A DNA stretch of 64,000 bases, taken from assembly GCA_963789395.1 (NCBI GenBank), contig CAWBKP010000020.1, positions 167,882 through 231,881 of the forward strand. Reading direction: 5' to 3'. The notes below the pieces were generated by a model. The model was not told where the DNA came from, searched no databases, and worked only from the letters and a program-made list of their open reading frames with translations. The stretch is from an uncultured delta proteobacterium. Its GTDB lineage: Bacteria > Desulfobacterota > Desulfobacteria > Desulfobacterales > Desulfatirhabdiaceae. Both the position numbers and the translations under genes were made by a program. Below, one piece after another: positions 41,002-50,633 of this stretch. The stretch's first letter is position 1; each line of letters opens with the position of its first letter.

Positions 41002-41649
41002 ATGGACAACACGGCAATTGTTATCGGCGCAACCGGTTTGGTTGGCCGGTCGGTAACAGACCGGCTGGCGGATGCCGATCATATCCGTAAAGTCATCACC
41101 CTTACCCGTCGTCCGGCTGGTCATTCCTGTTCAAAAGTTTATAATCAGGTCGTGGATTTCGACCATCTGGCGGACTTCGCTTCATCGTTTCGGGCGGACA
41201 TGTTGTTCTCTTGCCTGGGAACGACACGCAAACAAGCCGGGTCCATCGCAGCCCAGCGAAAGGTTGACCTTGACTACCAATATCAGGCAGCACAGCTGGC
41301 GGCCAATCAGGGCGTGCGTCATTACCTGCTGGTTTCCTCCAGCAGCGCCGATATTGACAGCAGGAATCCATACCTGCAGATGAAGGGCGAACTGGAAGAA
41401 AGGGTTCAAGCCTTGCCGTTTAACCGTATCAGTATCTTCCAGCCCTCACTGCTGCTGGGTCAACGAGCGGAATTTCGCATGGGGGAGAAGCTGGGGAGCT
41501 GGATATTGCCCGTACTCTGCGCCATACCCGGGTTGCGCCGCTACCGCCCCATTTCCGGCGGACAGGTAGCCGCCAAAATGGTCCAGGTGAGCCAACAAGC
41601 GGGACCCGCGTTGGAGTGGTTTCGGCTTGATGAAATATTTATCAAATAG
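41002..41649 (+). CDS. NAD(P)H-binding oxidoreductase (TIP30/YraR-like)
   Basis: GATGLVG, CLGTTRKQAGS, YLQMKGELE, QPSLLLG. Confidence 0.85.
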   Translation: MDNTAIVIGATGLVGRSVTDRLADADHIRKVITLTRRPAGHSCSKVYNQVVDFDHLADFASSFRADMLFSCLGTTRKQAGSIAAQRKVDLDYQYQAAQLAANQGVRHYLLVSSSSADIDSRNPYLQMKGELEERVQALPFNRISIFQPSLLLGQRAEFRMGEKLGSWILPVLCAIPGLRRYRPISGGQVAAKMVQVSQQAGPALEWFRLDEIFIK

Positions 41650-41734
41650 CGACCATTTATTCGGGTAATTGAGATACTGACGGGTGAAAAAGTGCATTCT
41701 TTACAATTTTATTGGAATTCGATCATACAAAAAG

Positions 41735-41773
41735 TTGACTTACCTGGTCTGAATAGATATGGTTGGTCTATTC
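41735..41773 (+). promoter_or_regulatory. Toxin-antitoxin promoter with overlapping palindromic operator
   Basis: TTGACT-17-TATGGT; inverted repeat GAATAGA..TCTATTC spans the -10 box. Confidence 0.65.
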
Positions 41774-41798
41774 CATAATTTGCTGTGAGGAGGTCGCC

Positions 41799-42032
41799 AT
41801 GATTGTCAACGTATCCGAAGCCAAAACTAACCTGTCGAAATTGATTGATATGGCCTATCAAGGTGAAGAGGTGATTATTGCAAAAAACAACTTGCCACTT
41901 GTCGTACTGGTGCCGCACAAATCCAGGGGAAAGCGCAAACTCGGTTTGCTGGCAGGACAAATTCGTATTCCAGATGACTTTCTGGATGAAGATGTGCAAA
42001 TCAATGCCATGTTCTATGGAGATTGCTCGTGA
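41799..42032 (+). CDS. Phd/YefM family antitoxin
   Basis: VNVSEAKTNLSKLI..GEEVIIA..RKLG; GAGGAGG RBS. Confidence 0.9.
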   Translation: MIVNVSEAKTNLSKLIDMAYQGEEVIIAKNNLPLVVLVPHKSRGKRKLGLLAGQIRIPDDFLDEDVQINAMFYGDCS

Positions 42033-42400
42033 AAATTTTGATTGACACCCATGTTTTCTTATGGATGTTGTCCTGCCCTGAAAAGCTTAATGAAAAAAGG
42101 CGCTATGAACTGGAATCTCGATCGAATGAAATTTTCCTGAGTGCCATGAGCATTGCGGAACTCATGATCAAGCATTCCATTGGTAAAATCAAAATTGACT
42201 TCAACCCCATTGAGATGGCCGAAAAAACAGGTCTTGAAATTTTGAGCTTTTCTGGTACGGATGCCATGCTGTTGGGCCAACTGCCACTACATCACAGAGA
42301 TCCCTTTGACCGGATGATAATTGCGCAGTCACTTGTAAATGGATTTCCTGTCATGTCGGAGGATCCTAAATTTCTGAAATATGACTGCAAGGTTATTTAA
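42029..42400 (+). CDS. vapC: VapC/PIN domain toxin
   Basis: LIDTHVFLW, SIAE, HHRDPFDRMIIAQ; GTGA overlap with the antitoxin. Confidence 0.9.
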   Translation: MKILIDTHVFLWMLSCPEKLNEKRRYELESRSNEIFLSAMSIAELMIKHSIGKIKIDFNPIEMAEKTGLEILSFSGTDAMLLGQLPLHHRDPFDRMIIAQSLVNGFPVMSEDPKFLKYDCKVI

Positions 42401-42714
42401 CCCCAGCCCGGCACTCCGGTCATGCCAGTCCGATTCCTACTCCAGTCATTGCACGTTAGCAACCAACGGTCATTGCTTCAAGTTTCGCAGAGATTCTCCC
42501 CTCGCTTTCTGATTATCCCTAAGTTCGGTCCTCCCGAAGAACACCAATTTACTACCTGAGACCCCGTATCTGGATTGAATTTTTGTTTTTCTTTGCTTTC
42601 CATGATAATGATAGGCTGATATGGAAATTCAACATCCAATGCGCTGCGTTTAACGCGTTGCCACCCCCGACCGATGGGATGATATCCATCTGTTTAAACT
42701 GTCAGGAGTCTGAT

Positions 42715-43812
42715 TTGCCTCTGCACACCAGCCCTCGATTAAAAAAGAACAACTTCGATTTGCTTAGGCTGTTGTTTGCTGGAACCGTTTGTCTGGTTCA
42801 TGCATACGAACTTTCCGGATTTCAACAGCTCCGGTGGATTTCTTCCGTTTTGTCGTCCGCAGTGGCTGTGAAGGCTTTTTTTGTTGTCAGCGGGTTTCTC
42901 ATTTTTATGAGCTTTGAACGGTCATCATCTTTGACCGCCTATGCCGGCAAGCGCATCCGGCGGATCTATCCCGCCTATTTCACGGTGGTGATGCTCTGCG
43001 CGATATGCATGATAGCGATCAGTTCGAAGCATGCAGGCGACTATTTCTCCTATGCATGGGTCAAGTACGTTGTCGCAAACCTCTCCTTTCTGAATTTTTT
43101 GCATCCGACACTTCCCGGGGTCTTCGAAGCGAACAGGCTGTCGACGGTCAATGGCGCACTGTGGACACTCAAAATCGAGGCGATGTTCTATTTGACCGTT
43201 CCGTTTTTTGCGCTCGCGTTTCGAAGATTTGCTCGCCTTCAGATGCTTGTGCTCGTCTACTGCCTGTCTGTAGCCTATGCAGGATTGTTGACAGCCGCAG
43301 CGGAGCGCACCGGTTCCGGAATTTATCTGGAGCTTGCGCGCCAGTTACCCGGACAGCTGTCCTACTTCATGTCCGGCGCGTTTATTTATTACTTTCTGCC
43401 GGTATTCGAACGCCGAATCGGCCGCTTTTTATTCGGGGCTGTCTCGGTCCTTGCCGTCAATATGATTTACCCGTTGCCGCTTCTTGAACCTTTTGCGCTG
43501 GCGACAATGGTCGTATTTTTTGCGCTGTTTTTTTATGTGGGCAACTTCGGACTATACGGGGATTTTTCTTACGGTGTTTACATTCTGCATTTCCCCATCA
43601 TCCAGCTGCTTCTATATTCGGGCTGGTTTCGGGAAAACCCCTGGTTATTCTTGATTGCAGTTGTCTGCATCACAGCAACAGGCGCGATCGCCATGTGGCA
43701 CCTGGTTGAAAAGCGGTTTCTGCTCCGCAGCAGCCACTACGTTGTCACAGCCGCGTCATCTGCCGGGAGCACTTCGAACATGGCGCTCAACGCGGAAGCG
43801 CCGAATCGGTGA
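42715..43812 (+). CDS. Acyltransferase family 3 (OafA-like) membrane protein
   Basis: NNFDLLR, FFVVSGFLI, RIRRIYP, NGALWTL, SYGVYILHFP, WHLVEK. Confidence 0.9.
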   Translation: MPLHTSPRLKKNNFDLLRLLFAGTVCLVHAYELSGFQQLRWISSVLSSAVAVKAFFVVSGFLIFMSFERSSSLTAYAGKRIRRIYPAYFTVVMLCAICMIAISSKHAGDYFSYAWVKYVVANLSFLNFLHPTLPGVFEANRLSTVNGALWTLKIEAMFYLTVPFFALAFRRFARLQMLVLVYCLSVAYAGLLTAAAERTGSGIYLELARQLPGQLSYFMSGAFIYYFLPVFERRIGRFLFGAVSVLAVNMIYPLPLLEPFALATMVVFFALFFYVGNFGLYGDFSYGVYILHFPIIQLLLYSGWFRENPWLFLIAVVCITATGAIAMWHLVEKRFLLRSSHYVVTAASSAGSTSNMALNAEAPNR

Positions 43813-43869
43813 GGCAGTTTGTTCTGAAGGCTTTCAGAAATACCCTCTCTCTCTCGATGGAATCGAATT

Positions 43870-44556
43870 ATGGACGCATTGCACATTCTGGTAGTGGAAG
43901 ATGAGGAAGACATCGCGGAGCTGGTCCGATACAATCTGACAGCGGAAGGCTTTCGCGTCAGCTGTGCCGGGTCAGGAGAAGACGCTATTCGTCTGATTCA
44001 TACCAAACCGATTAATTTGGTTGTTCTGGATATCATGCTTCCGGGAATGAGCGGGATCAAGGTTGCTGAAACGCTGCGATCGGATCCGAAATTTCTGAAT
44101 ATTCCCATCATCATGCTGACCGCAAGGAGCGAAGAATCGGATATTGTTACCGGACTGGCGCTGGCCGACGATTATGTCACCAAGCCCTTCAGCCCCAAAA
44201 TCCTCGGCGCCAGAATCAGCGCGGTGCTCCGGCGCAGAAGCGATGCTCCGGAAAATGCCATCCTTCGACGGGGTGATATTTCGATTGATCCGGGACGCCG
44301 TCGGGTCGAAGTCAGCGGAGAAGCGGTTGAACTCTCTTTTTCGGAATTTCAGATTCTGACCATGCTGTGCAGGCGCCCGGGCTGGGTGTTTACCCGTTCC
44401 CAGATTGTGGATGCGGTTCGGGGGGACAATTACCCGGTGACCGAACGCAGCGTGGATGTCCAGATTGTCGGGCTTCGAAAAAAGCTGGGGCCTGCCTGCG
44501 GGTCATACATCGAAACCGTTCGCAGCGTGGGTTACCGGTTCAAGGAGATTCCATGA
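43870..44556 (+). CDS. phoB: Phosphate regulon response regulator (OmpR family)
   Basis: Receiver plus winged helix (RSVDVQI..LRKKL, IETVRSVGY); upstream of phoR and pst. Confidence 0.8.
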   Translation: MDALHILVVEDEEDIAELVRYNLTAEGFRVSCAGSGEDAIRLIHTKPINLVVLDIMLPGMSGIKVAETLRSDPKFLNIPIIMLTARSEESDIVTGLALADDYVTKPFSPKILGARISAVLRRRSDAPENAILRRGDISIDPGRRRVEVSGEAVELSFSEFQILTMLCRRPGWVFTRSQIVDAVRGDNYPVTERSVDVQIVGLRKKLGPACGSYIETVRSVGYRFKEIP

Positions 44557-46337
44557 AAAAACGCTTCCCCCTGTTCTGGAAACTGTATCCGCCGTTTCTG
44601 CTGATCGTGCTGATTCCGCTTCTGATGGTCAGCTGGTATACCGGCTTTTCGATGCGCCGGTTTTTTATGGACCAGACAGCCTCCAAACTTGGGGCCAGGG
44701 CCAATCTCCTGAAAGACCAGATGACGGGTTACCTTCTGGCCGAAGATTGGAAAAACATCGATTTGTTGTGCAAACGGGCAGGAAAATCCACTGATACGCG
44801 GATTACGGTAATACAGCCTTCGGGGAAAGTTTTGGGGGATTCGGAAGCCGATCCGGATTCCATGGAGAATCATTCGGACCGGCCCGAGGTTGTAAAGGCG
44901 ATGTCAGGGGAAACCGGTGTAATTACCCGTTACAGCGATACCCTTCGGGAGTCCATGATGTATCTGGCCATACCATTGCTTGAAGGTGATAAACGTATCG
45001 GGGTTCTGCGAACGTCGGTGAGCATCGGTGCAATTGACAGGCAGCTTGAGAAAATGCACCAGCGTACATCGCTTGGCGTGCTGGTGGTTGCATTGCTGGC
45101 AACAGGCGCAAGTCTTCTGTTTTCACGGCGCGTCACGCGGCCGCTGGAGGTAATCCGCGAGGGTGCCGATTGTTTTGCCAAAGGGCAGTTGTCTTACCGG
45201 CTGCCGGTCTTTGCTTCTTCAGAGACGGAACATCTGGCAAGAACTATGAACGATATGGCGGCAAGTCTGGATGATCGCATGCAGACGATCATTGGCCAGC
45301 GAAAAGAACTTGAAGCGATTCTCTCCAGCATGGCCGAAGGAGTCATGGCCATAGATCTGGAAGAGACGATCATCAGCGTTAATCATAGTGCCGCCCGGAT
45401 GTTTTTCCGCAAGCCTTCTGAACTGATCAACCGGAGCGTTCAGGAAGCCATCCGAAACCCGGCTTTCCAACGGTTTGTCAAAATGGCGTATCGGGCGGAA
45501 ACGCCTTTTTCGGAAGACCTCTATGTTTACATCAGCGGTGAGGCGGTATTGGAGGCGCATAGCGGCGCGCTGAAAAATGCCAGAGGAGAGCGCATCGGGA
45601 TACTGATTGTTTTAAACGATGTGACCCGTTTAAGGCGCCTGGAGAATATGAGAAAGGATTTTGCCGCAAATGTTTCCCATGAGATCAAAACGCCGCTGAC
45701 CGCCATTAAGGGTTTTGTGGAAACGCTCAAAACAGGTGCGTTGAACCACCCGGAAGAAGCGGCCAGATTCATCGGGATCATCGAAAAACACACCAACCGC
45801 CTGATTGCCATCATCGACGATTTGATGAAACTGTCCCTGATCGAACAAAAAACGGACAAGAAGGAAATTCTCCTGGAAAATCGTCCGTTGCTGCCGATTC
45901 TGCAGTCCGCCCGTCAAATCTGCCAGCCGATAGCCGACGAAAAAGCGATACAAATTCTGCTGTCCTGCGAAGAAACGCTTTCAATAAATCTTAATGCAGC
46001 GCTGATCGAACAGGCTTTCGTGAATCTTCTGGAAAACGCCGTAAAATACAGCGGGCCTGGCACCAGCATTGAAATTGAGGCCGGACAAATGGATGCCGAG
46101 GTTGCCATTTCGTTTCGGGACCACGGCATTGGAATCGCTTCAGAACACCTTCCTCGGCTATTTGAGCGGTTCTACCGCGTGGATCCCTCCCGAAGCCGGA
46201 AACTGGGGGGAACCGGTCTGGGACTTGCAATTGTCAAGCATATCGTCAATGCCCATGGCGGGAGAATGACGGTAGAAAGCGCTCCGGGAAAAGGGAGCGT
46301 ATTTGTCATCCATATTCCTCATAAAATTTTCATATAA
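44553..46337 (+). CDS. phoR: Phosphate regulon sensor kinase
   Basis: MENHSDRPEV, DFAANVSHEIKTPLT, FERFYRVD.SRSR..GGTGLGL; ATGA overlap with phoB. Confidence 0.85.
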   Translation: MKKRFPLFWKLYPPFLLIVLIPLLMVSWYTGFSMRRFFMDQTASKLGARANLLKDQMTGYLLAEDWKNIDLLCKRAGKSTDTRITVIQPSGKVLGDSEADPDSMENHSDRPEVVKAMSGETGVITRYSDTLRESMMYLAIPLLEGDKRIGVLRTSVSIGAIDRQLEKMHQRTSLGVLVVALLATGASLLFSRRVTRPLEVIREGADCFAKGQLSYRLPVFASSETEHLARTMNDMAASLDDRMQTIIGQRKELEAILSSMAEGVMAIDLEETIISVNHSAARMFFRKPSELINRSVQEAIRNPAFQRFVKMAYRAETPFSEDLYVYISGEAVLEAHSGALKNARGERIGILIVLNDVTRLRRLENMRKDFAANVSHEIKTPLTAIKGFVETLKTGALNHPEEAARFIGIIEKHTNRLIAIIDDLMKLSLIEQKTDKKEILLENRPLLPILQSARQICQPIADEKAIQILLSCEETLSINLNAALIEQAFVNLLENAVKYSGPGTSIEIEAGQMDAEVAISFRDHGIGIASEHLPRLFERFYRVDPSRSRKLGGTGLGLAIVKHIVNAHGGRMTVESAPGKGSVFVIHIPHKIFI

Positions 46338-46361
46338 TCCTAATCATTTTCTAACAAATCG
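46318..46361 (+). promoter_or_regulatory. Candidate Pho box (four 11-bp direct repeats)
   Basis: CTCATAAAATT TTCATATAATC CTAATCATTTT CTAACAAATCG upstream of pstS. Confidence 0.55.
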
Positions 46362-46461
46362 ACTTTATACTTTGCCACAAGTAGAAGATTTCTGCTCACG
46401 TACGGGAGACTGAAATCAATTTGTTGGCAAGCATATTCATCAATAAAGTATGGAGGAAAAA

Positions 46462-47277
46462 ATGAAAAAAATGAATTGGATCAGCGGTATCCTGTTATTG
46501 GTGATGGTGTTATCGGCAGGCATGGTGTTCGCCGGAAACATATCCATCAACGGTTCTACGACCGTACTGCCGATTGCCCAGAAAGTTGCCGAAGCTTATA
46601 TGAAGGAGCATCCGGATGTGGCAATTACCATTTCTGGCGGCGGTTCCGGAAACGGCATCAAGGCGCTGATCGACAAAACCACGGACATTGCCGATTCTTC
46701 GCGACAGATCAAGCCTGAAGAACTCGAGCAGGCGAAGGCAAAAGGCGCAAGCCCCGTAGAATTCATTGTCGCATTTGACTGTATCGTACCGGTTGTCCAT
46801 CCTGACAATCCGCTGAAAAACATCACCCTGGATCAGTTGAAGTCCATGTACAAAGGGGAAATCAGGAACTGGAAAGAAATCGGCGGGGCGGACAAGCCGA
46901 TCGTGATGATCTCCAGGGATACGTCTTCCGGAACCTATGAGGTCTGGGAAGAAAAAGTCATGAAAAAAGAACGGGTCTTTCCCGGGGCACTGCTTCAGGC
47001 ATCCAACGGTGCTATTGTTCAGGCGGTATCAAAAAATCCCAATGCCATCGGCTACATCGGCGTGGGTTATGTTGATAAGAGTGTCAAGCCGCTTTCCGTC
47101 AACGGTGTCATCGGCTCCAAGGAAACCACACTGAACAAGACATATCCGGTCAGCCGGGCGCTCTATATGTACACACCGGTTCAGCCCGCAGGGGATGTGA
47201 AGAATTTCCTGGATTTTGTAATCAGCGACAAGGGCCAGAAGCTGGTTGAGGAAGAAGGGTTTATTCCATTAAAGTAA
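46462..47277 (+). CDS. pstS: Phosphate ABC transporter substrate-binding protein
   Basis: GSTTV, GGGSGNG, SRDTSSGT, YPVSR; signal peptide; GGAGG RBS. Confidence 0.95.
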   Translation: MKKMNWISGILLLVMVLSAGMVFAGNISINGSTTVLPIAQKVAEAYMKEHPDVAITISGGGSGNGIKALIDKTTDIADSSRQIKPEELEQAKAKGASPVEFIVAFDCIVPVVHPDNPLKNITLDQLKSMYKGEIRNWKEIGGADKPIVMISRDTSSGTYEVWEEKVMKKERVFPGALLQASNGAIVQAVSKNPNAIGYIGVGYVDKSVKPLSVNGVIGSKETTLNKTYPVSRALYMYTPVQPAGDVKNFLDFVISDKGQKLVEEEGFIPLK

Positions 47278-47281
47278 GGTG

Positions 47282-47346
47282 AAAAAGACTGAAGGCAGAA
47301 GGGTCCGTTAGTCAATAACGATTCTTCCGTCTTCAGCTTTTTTTTG
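47282..47346 (+). terminator. Hairpin/terminator between pstS and pstC
   Basis: CTGAAGGCAGAAG..CTTCCGTCTTCAG followed by a T tract. Confidence 0.65.
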
Positions 47347-47369
47347 ATTCCATTTCAAGGCGTAAAAAC

Positions 47370-48269
47370 ATGTCTATCCCAAACGCTCGTCAAAGAACCG
47401 ACCAAACGGTGCGCATCTTCTTTTTCAGTGTGGCGCTGGCGTCCATTGCCATCCTGTTCATGATCATGGCTTTTTTATTCATGGAAGGTCTGCCGATTTT
47501 CAAGAAAATTACCGTGTTCCAGTTTGTGTTCGGCAAATTCTGGTATCCCACTTCGAGCCCCCCGGATTTCGGGATATATCCCCTGATCGTGGCATCCATT
47601 GCCGTGACGCTGGTTTCAGCGATGATCTCCATCCCGCTTGGGGTGATGACGGCCGTTTATCTGGCGGAGCTGGCCCATAAACGGGTGGCCGAAATCATCA
47701 AACCCATTGTAGAGCTGCTGGCCGCGCTGCCTTCCGTTGTGATCGGGTTTTTCGGCATGGTTGTGGTGGCGCCGATTCTCCAGAATACCTTTAATATTGC
47801 AACGGGACTGAACCTCTTCAATGCGGCGCTCATGCTTTCCTTCATGTCCGTTCCCACAATATGCAGCCTTTCCGAGGATGCCATTTACAGCGTACCCGTC
47901 GCGCTGAAAGAAGGCTCGCTGGCTTTGGGAGCCACGCACTGGGAAACCCTGATCCGGGTCATTCTGCCGTCTTCGATCTCCGGCATCAGCACGGCAATCA
48001 TTCTGGGGATGTCAAGAGCCATCGGAGAGACCATGGTGGTGCTGATGGTGGCAGGCGGTGCGGCCATGGTTCCCACCTCGCTGATGGATCCCGTGCGGCC
48101 CATGCCGGCAAGCATCGCCGCGGAAATGGCCGAGGCCCCGTTTCGCGGGGATCATTATTACGCGCTCTTTGCAACCGGCATTGTCCTGTTTTTATTTACG
48201 CTGCTCTTTAACATTTTTGCGGACCATATTGCGCATAAATACCGTCAGACAGGAGAGGCATCGCTTTGA
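47370..48269 (+). CDS. pstC: Phosphate ABC transporter permease
   Basis: ELLAALPSVVIG, EGSLALGAT.WET, SRAIGETM. Confidence 0.95.
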   Translation: MSIPNARQRTDQTVRIFFFSVALASIAILFMIMAFLFMEGLPIFKKITVFQFVFGKFWYPTSSPPDFGIYPLIVASIAVTLVSAMISIPLGVMTAVYLAELAHKRVAEIIKPIVELLAALPSVVIGFFGMVVVAPILQNTFNIATGLNLFNAALMLSFMSVPTICSLSEDAIYSVPVALKEGSLALGATHWETLIRVILPSSISGISTAIILGMSRAIGETMVVLMVAGGAAMVPTSLMDPVRPMPASIAAEMAEAPFRGDHYYALFATGIVLFLFTLLFNIFADHIAHKYRQTGEASL

Positions 48270-48361
48270 TGGAAGAAAGAAACGGGGGACAGGAATAATA
48301 GAGCGACATTCTGGAGGCCTCCGTTGAGCGGGTTCATCGGCGCCGTAAACGTATTCAGCAG

Positions 48362-49186
48362 ATGTTGTTCATGTTTTTCCGGATGGCGGCGCTCATCAAC
48401 GGCATCGGATTGTTTGTGATCGTCTTTTTTATTGTATGGAACGGCTGGCGGGCCATCACCTGGGGGTTTTTGACGCAGATGCCGACGGATTCCATGACAA
48501 AAGGCGGCATCCTGCCCTGCATCGTGGGAACTCTCTGCCTGGGCATCGGGGCGATTGTCGTTGCACTGCCCATCGGCGTTGCATCCGCCATTTATCTCAA
48601 TGAATACGCACGTCCCGGTCGGGTGCTGCGGCTGATTCGCCTCGGAATCAGCAACCTTGCCGGCGTGCCGTCCGTTGTTTTCGGTCTGTTCGGCCTGGCT
48701 TTTTTTGTGATCTGGCTCAAGATGGGCGTGAGCATTCTGGCCGGGGTGTTGACCCTTGCGGCTATGACGCTTCCGGTCATCATCGGCTCAACCGAGGAAG
48801 CGCTGAAAGCTGTGCCCGATACATACCGCGAGGCTTCTCTGGCCCTGGGCGCCACCAGGTGGCAGACCATTTACCGGGTGGTGCTTCCGGCCGCCCTGCC
48901 GGGCATCCTGACCGGCGCGATTCTGGGCCTCAGCCGGGCAGCCGGAGAAACAGCACCGATCATGTTCACTGCGGCGGTGTTTTTTACCCCGACGCTGCCC
49001 ACATCGCCATTCAGCAAGATCATGGCGCTGCCCTATCATGTCTATGTCCTGGCGACCGCCGGAACGAATATTGAAGCCACCCGCCCGCTTCAGTACGGCA
49101 CGTCACTGGTATTGATCGCCATGGTGCTGGGGATGAATCTGGTGGCGATCGTCTGGCGCGCCAGGCTGCGAAAAAGGATGAAATAA
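48362..49186 (+). CDS. pstA: Phosphate ABC transporter permease (true start may be near 48300)
   Basis: [31 protein letters not shown]. Confidence 0.9.
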   Translation: MLFMFFRMAALINGIGLFVIVFFIVWNGWRAITWGFLTQMPTDSMTKGGILPCIVGTLCLGIGAIVVALPIGVASAIYLNEYARPGRVLRLIRLGISNLAGVPSVVFGLFGLAFFVIWLKMGVSILAGVLTLAAMTLPVIIGSTEEALKAVPDTYREASLALGATRWQTIYRVVLPAALPGILTGAILGLSRAAGETAPIMFTAAVFFTPTLPTSPFSKIMALPYHVYVLATAGTNIEATRPLQYGTSLVLIAMVLGMNLVAIVWRARLRKRMK

Positions 49187-49197
49187 AGAGGGAAATC

Positions 49198-49959
49198 ATG
49201 ACCGAAAAGTTTAAGCTCCGCGCCAGGCATCTGAATTTCTTTTATGGCAATGCCCAGGCGCTTTACGATATTTCACTGGACATCAAAGCGTCCCAGGTGA
49301 CCGCGCTGATCGGGCCTTCCGGCTGCGGGAAAAGCACATTTCTGCGGTGCCTGAACCGCATGAACGACTTGATTCCCATCGGCCGCGTGGAAGGGGAAAT
49401 CACCCTGGATGATTTCAATATCAACGACCCATCCGTAGACGTGGTCATGCTGCGGCGTCGGGTGGGCATGGTCTTTCAAAAACCAAATCCTTTTCCCAAA
49501 AGCATTTTTGAAAATGTGGCCTATGGCCTGAAGGTCAACGGGGTAAAGGACAAAGCCTTCATCGAAGGCCGGGTCGAGGAAAGCCTTAAGAAAGCGGCGC
49601 TCTGGGACGAGATCAAGGACAGGATGCATGAATCGGCCCTGGGGCTGTCCGGCGGCCAGCAGCAGCGCCTGTGTATTGCCAGAGCCCTGGCGGTCGAGCC
49701 CGAAATCGTGCTGATGGACGAGCCCGCGTCCGCACTGGATCCGATCGCCACCCAGAAAATCGAGGACTTGATCGGCGAACTCAAGGAAAACTATACGATC
49801 ATCATTGTCACGCACAGCATGCAGCAGGCTGCCAGGGTATCGGACAGGACGGCTTTTTTTTACATGGGAAAGCTCATTGAAATGGATGAAACCGATACGC
49901 TCTTTACCCGTCCCCGCCTTAAACAAACGGAAGACTATATTACCGGCCGTTTCGGCTGA
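49198..49959 (+). CDS. pstB: Phosphate ABC transporter ATPase
   Basis: [37 protein letters not shown]. Confidence 0.95.
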   Translation: MTEKFKLRARHLNFFYGNAQALYDISLDIKASQVTALIGPSGCGKSTFLRCLNRMNDLIPIGRVEGEITLDDFNINDPSVDVVMLRRRVGMVFQKPNPFPKSIFENVAYGLKVNGVKDKAFIEGRVEESLKKAALWDEIKDRMHESALGLSGGQQQRLCIARALAVEPEIVLMDEPASALDPIATQKIEDLIGELKENYTIIIVTHSMQQAARVSDRTAFFYMGKLIEMDETDTLFTRPRLKQTEDYITGRFG

Positions 49960-49971
49960 TCAGAGGTCATC

Positions 49972-50628
49972 ATGGCAAAACATCTTCAAAGAGAACTTGA
50001 AAAAATCAAAAAAAGCATCCTGAGCCTGGGCGCTCTGGTGGAAGACCGGGTGCGGCTGGCCATCAAAAGCATTGAAAGCCGGGACGCCGACATTGCCAAG
50101 CAGATTGTCAGCATGGACTACGAAATCGATGAAATGGAAGTGGAGATCGAGGAGGAATGCCTCAAGGTGCTGGCACTGCATCAGCCGGTGGCGGTGGATC
50201 TGCGGTTTCTGGTGGGCGTGATCAAGATCAACAACGACCTTGAGAGAATCGCCGATGAAACCGTCAATATCGCCTATCGCATCAAAACCATCTCCAAGGA
50301 TAAAACCTGTAAATTCATCTTCGATTATGCGGTGATGGCGGAAAAAGCCAGAAACATGCTCAAGATGAGCCTGGATGCCATGGTGCATCTCGATACGGAT
50401 GCGGCGTTCAAGGTGTGTCTGCTGGATGACGATGTGGATGCCTATGTCCGGCATGCGTATGAGGAGCTGAAATCATCCATCCTTCAGTCGCCGGAGAATG
50501 TGGGGGTCCTGATCAACATGTTCCTCATATCCCGTCACATCGAGCGGATCGCCGATCATGCCACCAATATCGCCGAGGAAGTCATCTATCTGACCGACGG
50601 CGAAATCGTCCGGCACGGCAATTTCTGA
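49972..50628 (+). CDS. phoU: Phosphate signalling protein
   Basis: QPVAVDLR, DLERIAD, ERIADHATNIAE. Confidence 0.95.
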   Translation: MAKHLQRELEKIKKSILSLGALVEDRVRLAIKSIESRDADIAKQIVSMDYEIDEMEVEIEEECLKVLALHQPVAVDLRFLVGVIKINNDLERIADETVNIAYRIKTISKDKTCKFIFDYAVMAEKARNMLKMSLDAMVHLDTDAAFKVCLLDDDVDAYVRHAYEELKSSILQSPENVGVLINMFLISRHIERIADHATNIAEEVIYLTDGEIVRHGNF

Positions 50629-50633
50629 CACCC

